Source: an uncultured Erysipelotrichaceae bacterium
GTDB taxonomy: Bacteria; Bacillota_I; Bacilli_A; Erysipelotrichales; Erysipelotrichaceae
Length of the DNA: 32,000 nucleotides
Direction of reading: 5' to 3'
NCBI GenBank assembly: GCA_942492995.1
Contig: OW818653.1
Span: 150,001-182,000 of the forward strand
The translations under genes were made by a program, and so were the position numbers. This document shows, one piece after another, positions 19,203 through 27,345 of the stretch; the first letter of the stretch is position 1, and each line of letters starts with the position of its first letter. The notes beneath the pieces were generated by a model, which was not told the origin of the DNA, did no database searches, and worked only from the letters and a program-made list of their open reading frames with translations.

Positions 19203-19813
19203 TACTGATTAGAATATTGTTGGATATAGATAGGTATACTTAGCGCAAAGAAATTTACGAATGTATCTTTAAATACTTCATCGTTGATATCCAATACACC
19301 TAATGAATATTGTAAGGCAACGCCATCAAGTGCTGCGACAAGTATTGCGGCTATACGCTTTTGACAAGCTTGGTTTTCTACCCCAAACGCATAGAAATAG
19401 AGCTTTGCGACTTTATCAATAATTTCATTATAATCTAAGCGATACTTTTCTTTTATACGTCCACCTTTAGTAATTGCGTATGCAGTTAACAGGATTAGTA
19501 ATCGTTGTTCGATTTCTTTTGACATACGATCTCGAACATTCGTACTAATTTCTTCAAACATTTCTTGATTAGTCTTAAGTTTACTGTCCTTATCTTTTTC
19601 AGATAATTTATGTACGAAATAAGCGGATTCTTTGACTGCGTCATAATACAAATCATCTTTGTTTTTATAATGATAATAAATAGCGCCAGTCGTAAGCCCA
19701 GCATTTGCCGCAATCTCACGCATACTCGCTTTTTCGAAACCTTGGGTTGCGAACACATGAAGTGCCGCATCAAGGAGTTGTTTCTTTTTGTCGATAATTA
19801 GTTCTTCTATCAT
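19202..19813 (-). CDS. TetR/AcrR-family transcriptional regulator
   Basis: The 203-aa product has an N-terminal TetR HTH (FEKASMREIAANAGLTTGAIYYHYKNKDDLY). It is divergent from the hypB operon. Confidence 0.9.
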   Translation of the reverse strand: MIEELIIDKKKQLLDAALHVFATQGFEKASMREIAANAGLTTGAIYYHYKNKDDLYYDAVKESAYFVHKLSEKDKDSKLKTNQEMFEEISTNVRDRMSKEIEQRLLILLTAYAITKGGRIKEKYRLDYNEIIDKVAKLYFYAFGVENQACQKRIAAILVAALDGVALQYSLGVLDINDEVFKDTFVNFFALSIPIYIQQYSNQ

Positions 19814-19829
19814 ATTTAACCTCTTTCAA

Positions 19830-19847
19830 AGTGTAACATATAACACT
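19830..19847. promoter_or_regulatory. Imperfect palindrome O1 upstream of the TetR gene
   Basis: AGTGTAACATATAACACT has matching outer arms AGTGT/ACACT. It shares the 9-mer TGTAACATA with O2 and lies 17 nt from the tetR ATG. Confidence 0.4.
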
Positions 19848-19885
19848 ATTTTATTAAAATATTTACTTGTTTATTAAATCACATA

Positions 19886-19914
19886 TTGTAACATAACAAA
19901 TGTTATGTTAATAT
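19886..19914 (+). promoter_or_regulatory. hypB-operon promoter with embedded perfect palindromic operator O2
   Basis: TTGTAA (19886-19891), a 17-nt spacer, then TAATAT (19909-19914). The palindrome TAACATAACA-AA-TGTTATGTTA (19889-19910) fills the spacer and touches both hexamers. Confidence 0.55.
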
Positions 19915-19952
19915 TATCACAATTAGAGTGATAAGACTCAGAAAGAGTGATT

Positions 19953-20621
19953 ATGACGCAATTTAGAATTCTAGAGATTAAAGAAAGTGTATTTGAGAAT
20001 AATAATAAACAAGCAGATTTATTACGTGAATCATTAAAGAAAGATAAACGATTTTTATTGAATTTAATGTCCTCACCAGGTTCTGGTAAAACGACTACTT
20101 TAACGCAAACAATTAATCGATTAAAAGATGAATTTAGCATTGGCGTCATGGAAGCGGATATCGATTCAGATGTAGATGCACATACAATAGCGAAGACTGG
20201 TGTGAAAGTAATTCAACTTCATACCGGTGGGATGTGTCATTTAGATGCGGATATGACCAAACAAGGTCTAGACGGATTGGGTATTGATGAATGTGATTTG
20301 GTTATCTTAGAAAATGTTGGAAATTTGGTATGCCCTGCAGAGTTTGATACAGGTGCGAGTAAGAATGCGATGATTCTAAGTGTTCCAGAAGGTGATGATA
20401 AGCCGTTAAAGTATCCACTAATGTTCTCAATTTGTCAGGTTCTATTAATTAATAAAATCGACGTATTAAATGTGTTTGATTTTGATTTAGAACTTTGTAT
20501 ATCAAGAGTTAAAAAGATTAATCCTAATATAAAAATAATCCCTATATCAGCTAGAACGGGTGTTGGAATGGATGAATTTGCGGAATGGTTACGACACGAA
20601 GTGAGAACCTGGAAGGAATAA
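19953..20621 (+). CDS. hypB: Nickel-insertion GTPase HypB
   Basis: The product has P-loop SPGSGKTT, the G-domain metal-binding motif GGMCHLDA, ENVGNLVCPAEFD and NKID. I prefer the ATG at 19953 (RBS GAAAGAG 5 nt upstream) to the GTG at 19947 used in the track. There is no N-terminal His-rich stretch. Confidence 0.88.
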   Translation: MTQFRILEIKESVFENNNKQADLLRESLKKDKRFLLNLMSSPGSGKTTTLTQTINRLKDEFSIGVMEADIDSDVDAHTIAKTGVKVIQLHTGGMCHLDADMTKQGLDGLGIDECDLVILENVGNLVCPAEFDTGASKNAMILSVPEGDDKPLKYPLMFSICQVLLINKIDVLNVFDFDLELCISRVKKINPNIKIIPISARTGVGMDEFAEWLRHEVRTWKE

Positions 20622-20622
20622 T

Positions 20623-23316
20623 ATGGATAATAAACAAGTAAAGTTAAAAGTATTAGAGTTTGCGAATAAAGTAAGTAATAAGAAGATGGGTTCTAAAGGC
20701 GCAATTACCGCAAGTGATCCACGTTATTACATTATGGAACCTGTTGTAAGTGATGAAATGGCTGAAGTCGCATTAGTAATGGAATTTAGAAAAGCACTTA
20801 GTGCAGAAGAATTAGCGAAACGTTGTGGAAAATCTGTTGAGTTAACAGAGAAGCTTTGTTGGGAACTTGCGATGGCAGGGGTATGTTTCGTTAATAAAAA
20901 AGAAGGTGTAGATAAATATTGGTATGACACATGGGTTCCAGGCATTATGGAAATGATGTGTAATAACTTAGATAATGTTCGTAAATACCCTCAGATAGCA
21001 CGTGCATTTGAAGAGTATGGACGTGTTGTTGGACCGATGAGTGTTGGTAAATTTCCAGTTGGGGTTGGCGTTATGCGTGTTATCCCAATTGAAACTGCAA
21101 TTCAAGGTGAAACGCGTCGTGCATCGTATGAAGAAGTTTCAAAATACTTAAATGATGCGCATATTTTCTCAGTGTCAGATTGTTCATGTCGTACATCACG
21201 TGAGGCAATTGGCGAAGGCTGTGGGCATTTAAAAGAAGACATGTGTATTCAAATGGATCATGCGGCGGAATACTATATTCGTACAGGTCGTGGTAAAGAA
21301 ATTACACGTGAAGAAGCACTCGAAATCATTAAACGCGCAGAAGAAAATGGTTTAATGCATCAAATACCGAATCTTGATGGTTCAGGTAAAACCCATGCGA
21401 TTTGTAACTGTTGCGGATGTTCATGTTATGCGATGCGTATTGCGTCAATGTTCAAGAACTCAGACATGGTACGTTCTAATTACGTTGCGCACGTAGATCC
21501 TGAGAAGTGTGTTGCGTGTGGTGAATGTGTTGAGAATTGTCCAACCAATGCGGCTAAATTAGGTCAAAAACTTTACACAATCAATCCAATAAAACAAGCT
21601 AAGGTTGAAACACCGCGTGATATGAAGTGGGGACCTGAGAAGTACAATCCTGATTATCGTACAAATCGTAAGGATGTTGTGGATAGTGGTACAAGTCCAT
21701 GTAAGACGGAATGTCCTGCGCATATTTCAGTTCAAGGGTATATTCGTTTAGCATCACTTGGTAAATATAAAGAAGCGTTAGAACTTATTAAGCATGAAAA
21801 TCCATTCCCAGCGGTATGCGGTCGTATTTGCCCACGTAAATGTGAATCCGCATGTACACGTTGTGAGATTGATAAAGCTGTCGCAATTGATGAAATTAAG
21901 AAATACATTGCGGACCAAGATTTAAGTTTAGAAAATCGTTATGTCCCTAAACAAAAACATAATTATGGTAAGAAGATTGCGATTATCGGGGCAGGTCCTG
22001 CTGGATTATCATGTGCATTCTATCTTGCGATTGATGGATATAAAGTAACGGTATTTGAGAAACAAGAAAAGCTTGGGGGAATGTTAACTCTAGGTATTCC
22101 AAATTATCGATTAGAGAAGGATGTTGTGAATGCGGAAATTGATATTCTAAGAGAACTTGGGGTTGAATTTAAAACAGGTATTGAAGTTGGTAAAGATGTT
22201 AGCTTAGATGAATTACGTAACCAAGAGTATAAGGCATTCTATGTCGCTATTGGAGCACAAAAAGGTCGTAAGTTGAACATCGAAGGGGAAGAACACCCTG
22301 ATGTATTATCTGGTGTTGATTTCTTAAGAAATACGAATTTAGGTAAATCAAATAAAATCGAAGGTAATGTCGTTGTCATTGGTGGCGGTAATGTCGCAAT
22401 CGATGTGGCGCGTACAGCAGTTCGTCTTGGTGCAAGTAAAGTAGATATGGTTTGTTTAGAGAGTCGTGAAACGATGCCAGCTCTTGAAGAAGAAATTCAT
22501 GAGGCATTGGATGAGAAAGTAAATCTCAATAATTCTTGGGGTCCTAAACGCATCGTAATTGAAAATAATAAAGTAGTTGGGGTTGAGTTTAAGAAATGTA
22601 TCTCAGTATTGGATGAAAATAAACGTTTTAATCCTCAATATGATGAAACAAATACCATCATAATCCCAGCTTCAACTGTACTAATCTCAGTTGGACAAGC
22701 GATTGATTGGGGTAATTTATTAGATGGGACTGAAGTTGAATTTAATCCAAATCGTACATTGAGTGCGGATGGATTTACGTACCAAACGAATCATAAAGAT
22801 ATCTTCACGGGTGGTGATTGTTATACTGGACCACGCTTTGCGATTGATGCGATTGCGGCGGGTAAACAAGCTGCGATTTCAATTCATCGATTCGTACAAC
22901 CTGGACAAAGTTTAGTGTTAGGTCGTGATCGTCGTGAATTTGTGGCGATTGATAAAGAGAATTTAGATTTACAAGGCTATGATCGTATACCTCGCGAAAG
23001 TGTTAAACATAACTATAAAACATCGGGTTCTGAAGCATTTAAAGATGGACGTTTAACCTTTAGCGAAGAACAAATGAAGAAAGAAACGGAAAGATGTTTA
23101 GGGTGTGGGGCAACCGTTGTCGATGAGTACATGTGCGTTGGATGTGGACAATGTACAACGAAGTGTAAGTTTGATGCGATTAAACTTGTGCGTACCTATG
23201 ATTCAAAAGGTGCAGGGTATGAAGAGTTAAAACCAATTGTACTTAAACAAATCGTTAAGCGTGAAATTAAGATTGTCGCTAAAAATATAAAGAACGCTTT
23301 TTCTAAAGAAGATTAA
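20623..23316 (+). CDS. Multidomain Fe-S flavoprotein: Cys-rich N-terminal module, ferredoxin motif, GltD-like NAD(P)H/FAD oxidoreductase core and C-terminal ferredoxin motif
   Basis: The 897-aa product has these elements in order. N-terminal cysteines: C187-x-C189...C200...C208 and C261-x-CC-x-C-x-C268. First ferredoxin motif: C296xxCxxCxxxCP. GltD-type cysteines: 360-414 (SPC..EC, AVCGRICP..CE.AC). Dinucleotide folds: IAIIGAGPAG (455-460) and VIGGGNVA (587-592). C-terminal ferredoxin motif: C825xxC...C838xxCxxCxxxC848. The gene starts 1 nt after the hypB stop. Confidence 0.85.
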   Translation: MDNKQVKLKVLEFANKVSNKKMGSKGAITASDPRYYIMEPVVSDEMAEVALVMEFRKALSAEELAKRCGKSVELTEKLCWELAMAGVCFVNKKEGVDKYWYDTWVPGIMEMMCNNLDNVRKYPQIARAFEEYGRVVGPMSVGKFPVGVGVMRVIPIETAIQGETRRASYEEVSKYLNDAHIFSVSDCSCRTSREAIGEGCGHLKEDMCIQMDHAAEYYIRTGRGKEITREEALEIIKRAEENGLMHQIPNLDGSGKTHAICNCCGCSCYAMRIASMFKNSDMVRSNYVAHVDPEKCVACGECVENCPTNAAKLGQKLYTINPIKQAKVETPRDMKWGPEKYNPDYRTNRKDVVDSGTSPCKTECPAHISVQGYIRLASLGKYKEALELIKHENPFPAVCGRICPRKCESACTRCEIDKAVAIDEIKKYIADQDLSLENRYVPKQKHNYGKKIAIIGAGPAGLSCAFYLAIDGYKVTVFEKQEKLGGMLTLGIPNYRLEKDVVNAEIDILRELGVEFKTGIEVGKDVSLDELRNQEYKAFYVAIGAQKGRKLNIEGEEHPDVLSGVDFLRNTNLGKSNKIEGNVVVIGGGNVAIDVARTAVRLGASKVDMVCLESRETMPALEEEIHEALDEKVNLNNSWGPKRIVIENNKVVGVEFKKCISVLDENKRFNPQYDETNTIIIPASTVLISVGQAIDWGNLLDGTEVEFNPNRTLSADGFTYQTNHKDIFTGGDCYTGPRFAIDAIAAGKQAAISIHRFVQPGQSLVLGRDRREFVAIDKENLDLQGYDRIPRESVKHNYKTSGSEAFKDGRLTFSEEQMKKETERCLGCGATVVDEYMCVGCGQCTTKCKFDAIKLVRTYDSKGAGYEELKPIVLKQIVKREIKIVAKNIKNAFSKED

Positions 23317-23318
23317 TT

Positions 23319-23660
23319 ATGCATGAATTAGGCGTAGTAATAGAGGTTGTTAAAGCGTTGGATCGAGTAGTCAAAGAAAATAATCTCAAAGAAGTTGAAA
23401 CGATTGTATTACAGATTGGTGAAATATCGTCGATGATGCCAAAGTACATCGAGGATTGTTTCGAAGTAGCGGTAGATGGAACACAGTTCGAGAAGACAAA
23501 ATTGAGAATTGAAATATTGACTGCGACTGCTTTATGTCGACCATGTCAGAAAGTATTTAAATTAGTAGAAAATGATGGATTGTGTGAATGTTGTAAAGGG
23601 AATGATTGGGAACTCTTAAGTGGGAAAGAGTTCCTAATTAAAGAAATAGTAGCGTGTTAA
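23319..23660 (+). CDS. hypA: Nickel metallochaperone HypA
   Basis: The 113-aa product has the N-terminal Ni-binding MHE motif and Zn-site cysteines C73xxC76...C89xCC92. It starts 2 nt after the upstream stop. Confidence 0.88.
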   Translation: MHELGVVIEVVKALDRVVKENNLKEVETIVLQIGEISSMMPKYIEDCFEVAVDGTQFEKTKLRIEILTATALCRPCQKVFKLVENDGLCECCKGNDWELLSGKEFLIKEIVAC

Positions 23661-23669
23661 GGAGAAGTT

Positions 23670-24368
23670 ATGAATGAACTAACCTATTTATTATCTACTG
23701 CACTCTTTATCGGGACAGTTCATACATTAATTGGTGTGGACCATTACTTACCGTTTGTCGTGTTATCTAAGGCTAATAATTGGTCTATAAAGAAAACATG
23801 TGGAATTGTGTTTGTATGTGGTATTGGGCATGTTTTAAGTTCAGTGATTCTTGGATTTATCGGTTTAGCAATAAGTTCAAGTTTAATGACACTTGTTGGT
23901 ATTGAAGATATACGAGGAACACTCGCAACGTATTTTATCATTGCGTTTGGATTGGGTTATACCGTTTATGCTTTACATAACTTATATAAGAATCGAACGC
24001 ATAAACATATGATTGATGGACATGAACTGGTCCATGATCATCATGATACGAAGAGTATTGAAGAACATGTTCATGATAAGAAGAAAACAAATGTCGTATG
24101 GGGTTTATTCATTTTATTTGTTTTAGGTCCATGTGAACCTTTGATTCCTTTATTAATGTATCCAGCTTCAACACTTAATGTGTTTGCGCTAATTAGTGTT
24201 ACCTTGGTGTTTTCAATTAGCACAATAAGTGTCATGTTGGGACTTACGGTATTAGGCATAAAAGGTTTGGATTTCATCAAGATTAAGCATTTAGAAAAGT
24301 ATGGAGAGACACTAGCAGGTTTGGCAATTACTGTTTGCGGTGTTCTCATGATTACCTTAGGGATATAG
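23670..24368 (+). CDS. Putative nickel/cobalt transporter (RcnA/NicO-like topology with a HupE/UreJ-like HxxxGxDH motif)
   Basis: The 232-aa product has about 6 TM helices. Helix 1 carries VHTLIGVDH. A cytoplasmic-type loop (about residues 103-136) contains 9 His. GPCEP follows in the next helix, comparable to the IPCP in RcnA. Confidence 0.6.
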   Translation: MNELTYLLSTALFIGTVHTLIGVDHYLPFVVLSKANNWSIKKTCGIVFVCGIGHVLSSVILGFIGLAISSSLMTLVGIEDIRGTLATYFIIAFGLGYTVYALHNLYKNRTHKHMIDGHELVHDHHDTKSIEEHVHDKKKTNVVWGLFILFVLGPCEPLIPLLMYPASTLNVFALISVTLVFSISTISVMLGLTVLGIKGLDFIKIKHLEKYGETLAGLAITVCGVLMITLGI

Positions 24369-24391
24369 ACAAAAGTCTATAGGAGGAATGC

Positions 24392-25378
24392 ATGTTTGTA
24401 TTTAACACATTAGAAGGTGGGAGCTTTCTAGCAGCGTTTAGTATGTTACTGGTTGTATTAGTTAGTTTGTTTGTATTCAATGAAGTAACACGTAGATTTA
24501 AATGGGCAGGTTTTGTGAGTTTTGTGATTCTACCTGTTGTACTAACTGTAATCTGGTTTACGGTTATGAAAGAAACAACCTATACCGATTGGTTCCACCT
24601 TGCAAAAGTATATTCTGCGACGGCAGGATCAATTGGTTTCTGGTTAATTCGTCATTATGAAAAGAAGGATAAATCTGGGAATGTTATATGGAGACTTGCG
24701 ACAAATAAAGTCGCATTATGTTTCCCACCATTAATTTTAGCAATTAATATCCTTGAAGCTGTAGCGCGTGATATAGAAGTAGGATCTGCATTCTGGATGA
24801 TTAATTCAGGTGCGATTGAAGGCGAAATCATGGGTGTATTGGGTGGTCCATGGAATTACATGAATGCACTTGCTGGAATCTTGAATATTATTACGATTAC
24901 AGGTTGGTTTGGCATCGTAATTCGTAGACAAACACAAAAAGATAAGAGTCGTGATATGTTATGGCCAGATATGTTGTGGTTCTGGATAATTGCGTATGAT
25001 GTTTGGAACTTTGTGTACACGTATAACTGTATTCCATCACATTCTTGGTATGCAGGATTAGCGTTATTAGTTGCGCCAACATTATGTGCATTTACTTTAG
25101 GCAAAGGCGCATGGCTTCAACATCGTGCCGCAACTCTTGCGATTTGGTGTATGTTTGCTCAAACGTTCCCATTATTTCAGGATACGGGTAAATACATGGT
25201 TGCGTCGAGTTATAATCCTACCATCTATACCATTCTTGGGGCTTTATCCTTAGCGGTTAATTTAGCAGTATTTGTTTATATGATACTTAAATACACTAAG
25301 ACTAAACGTAATCCATATAAGAGTGAATTGTATACAGATTTAAGTGAATACAAAGCCATTAAACTCCTTGCAGAGTAA
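24392..25378 (+). CDS. Polytopic membrane protein of unknown function, last gene of the hyp-containing operon
   Basis: The 328-aa product has about 8-9 hydrophobic helices and is rich in Trp and aromatic residues. A strong RBS (TAGGAGGAA) lies upstream. I cannot place it in a named family from memory. Confidence 0.7.
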   Translation: MFVFNTLEGGSFLAAFSMLLVVLVSLFVFNEVTRRFKWAGFVSFVILPVVLTVIWFTVMKETTYTDWFHLAKVYSATAGSIGFWLIRHYEKKDKSGNVIWRLATNKVALCFPPLILAINILEAVARDIEVGSAFWMINSGAIEGEIMGVLGGPWNYMNALAGILNIITITGWFGIVIRRQTQKDKSRDMLWPDMLWFWIIAYDVWNFVYTYNCIPSHSWYAGLALLVAPTLCAFTLGKGAWLQHRAATLAIWCMFAQTFPLFQDTGKYMVASSYNPTIYTILGALSLAVNLAVFVYMILKYTKTKRNPYKSELYTDLSEYKAIKLLAE

Positions 25379-25381
25379 AAG

Positions 25382-25402
25382 AAAACGGACAATGTCCGTT
25401 TT
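25382..25402. terminator. Bidirectional terminator shared by the hyp operon and pepF
   Basis: AAAACGGAC (25382-25390), loop AAT, GTCCGTTTT (25394-25402). The A and T tracts serve both strands. Confidence 0.75.
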
Positions 25403-27206
25403 ACTGTTTTAGTAGTAGTTTTTCTAATTCATCTAAACGTATTTCGAATAATTTGAGGGCATCGAGTGTGGCTTGATTACTTCGCATATCGACACCAGCG
25501 ATTAACAAGGCATTGATTGGGGTAACGCTTGAGCCAGCGGATAAGAACTTTAAGTAATTCTTTACAGCAGATTCACCTTCATTTAGTATCTTATAACTTA
25601 ATGCGGATGCGGCACTAAATCCTGTTGCGTATTGGTATACATAATAGTTGTAATAGAAATGTGGAATTCTAGCCCATTCGTATTTGATTTCTTCATCATA
25701 TACCATGTTTTCACCATAATATTTACGGTTGATACGATCATAGTTTTCACTTAAGAATTCACTGGTTAATGCGATACCGTCCTGTAATGATGTATGTATG
25801 AAATGTTCGAATTCTGCGAATTGGGTTTGGCGATAGACTGTACCTTTAACACCGTCTAAGAAATGATTGATAATGTATGCTTGAATTTTAGGATCCGTGT
25901 ATTTCTTTAGAAGATATGCTGTTAATAGATTCTCGTTTGTTGTGGATGCGACTTCTGCGACAAATATGGAATAATCACCATAAATGAAATCTTGGTTTAG
26001 ACGTGAATAGTATGAATGTAGACTATGTCCTAATTCATGAGCTAATGTGTATACATTATCGAGATTATCTTGCCAATTAAGTAAGATAAATGGATTTGTC
26101 GTATAACATCCACTCGAATAAGCACCACTACGTTTACCTTCGTTCTCTAATACATCAATCCAACGTTCACTGAAGGCTTTTTTGAGTACAGAGACATAAT
26201 CATCACCTAATACAGAAAGTGCTTCTAAAATGATATCCTGTGCTTCCTGGTAAGTGAATTTAAATTCTACATCTTCTACCATTGGTACATATAAGTCATA
26301 CATTTTAACATTATCTAGTTTAAGAACGTGTTTACGTAAATCAACATATTTATGTAATAAATTTAAACGTTGATTAATCGCTTCAACTAATGCGTCATAA
26401 ACTGATTCTGGAATATGATTAGAGAATAAAGCAGCTTCACGACTATTTTTGAAACCACGAATATCCGCATTAAAATTATGATGTTTAACGGTATTTGATA
26501 AGGTGGACGCAAATGTATTCTTTAAGTCCATATAACTTGCGTACATATTCTTAAACGCTTTTTCACGAATATTACGATCTGAACTTTCAAGATATAAACC
26601 ATATCTTCCATGTGATAACGGATAGGTTTCTCCTGTTTCAGTTTCAATTGGTTTGAATTTTAAGTCCGCATTGTTTAAAACAGAAAATGTTGTACTACTT
26701 CCACCAAATACATCTGAAGCTTTCGCAAGCAACAATTCTTCTTTTTCACTTAGAATGTATTTTCTACGTTCAAACATAAGATTGAATTCATGTGTATAAA
26801 GTTTTAATTCATCAGATTGTAGAAATTCTTTTAATAGTGCTTCATCTGTATCCAATAATTCAGTTTCATAAAATGATAGTGCACTCGCAACTTTACTGTA
26901 TAGCGTACGTGCTCTACTTTGAAGAGCTTGATTATCTGTATTACTTGTATCTTGATCACTTAATAAATGTGCATAGGTATAAAGATGTTCCATCTTTTGT
27001 AATACAGTATTTCTGAATGTTAATGCGTTGAATAATGTAGTAGAGTTGGATGCTAAGGTGTTTTGAAATGTTTGTGATTTTGGTAGTAATTCTTCTAATT
27101 CTTTAAATGCGATTTCAAATGATTCAGTATTCTTAAATACGGTACTAATGTCCCAGGTTAATTCAGTTGGGATTTCGTTTCTTTTTAATACTTGATTATT
27201 TTCCAT
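25401..27206 (-). CDS. pepF: Oligoendopeptidase F (M3B family)
   Basis: The 601-aa product has the HELGHSLH zinc motif and the family-typical N-terminus (W.L..IF). An AAGGAG RBS lies upstream. Confidence 0.93.
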   Translation of the reverse strand: MENNQVLKRNEIPTELTWDISTVFKNTESFEIAFKELEELLPKSQTFQNTLASNSTTLFNALTFRNTVLQKMEHLYTYAHLLSDQDTSNTDNQALQSRARTLYSKVASALSFYETELLDTDEALLKEFLQSDELKLYTHEFNLMFERRKYILSEKEELLLAKASDVFGGSSTTFSVLNNADLKFKPIETETGETYPLSHGRYGLYLESSDRNIREKAFKNMYASYMDLKNTFASTLSNTVKHHNFNADIRGFKNSREAALFSNHIPESVYDALVEAINQRLNLLHKYVDLRKHVLKLDNVKMYDLYVPMVEDVEFKFTYQEAQDIILEALSVLGDDYVSVLKKAFSERWIDVLENEGKRSGAYSSGCYTTNPFILLNWQDNLDNVYTLAHELGHSLHSYYSRLNQDFIYGDYSIFVAEVASTTNENLLTAYLLKKYTDPKIQAYIINHFLDGVKGTVYRQTQFAEFEHFIHTSLQDGIALTSEFLSENYDRINRKYYGENMVYDEEIKYEWARIPHFYYNYYVYQYATGFSAASALSYKILNEGESAVKNYLKFLSAGSSVTPINALLIAGVDMRSNQATLDALKLFEIRLDELEKLLLKQ

Positions 27207-27345
27207 AATAACTCCTTATTGGAATAATTATACCTTAATCTATGATTTATTTGATAGGGATATACTCGTTTAAAAGTACTATTATTTTATTAAGATTATT
27301 AAGTAAATAAGTGATATAAATTCATAAATATGGCATGATTTTACA

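Noticed and set aside
19495-19801. ORFs 19495-19773 (-) and 19610-19801 (+) inside the TetR gene
   Set aside because: They are an alternative-frame and an antisense frame of a clear TetR CDS.
19947-19952. GTG start at 19947 for hypB (track start)
   Set aside because: The GTG overlaps the only purine-rich RBS (GAAAGAG at 19941-19947). The ATG at 19953 is correctly spaced from that RBS.
19874-20149. 91-aa minus-strand ORF overlapping the hypB 5' end and the operator region
   Set aside because: It is antisense to a well-supported hypB, has no RBS, and crosses the palindromic promoter region.
20727-25104. Antisense ORFs 20727-20945, 23744-23941, 24071-24349, 24856-25104 and 24897-25091
   Set aside because: All lie opposite well-supported operon genes. 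They have no RBS and low-complexity composition.
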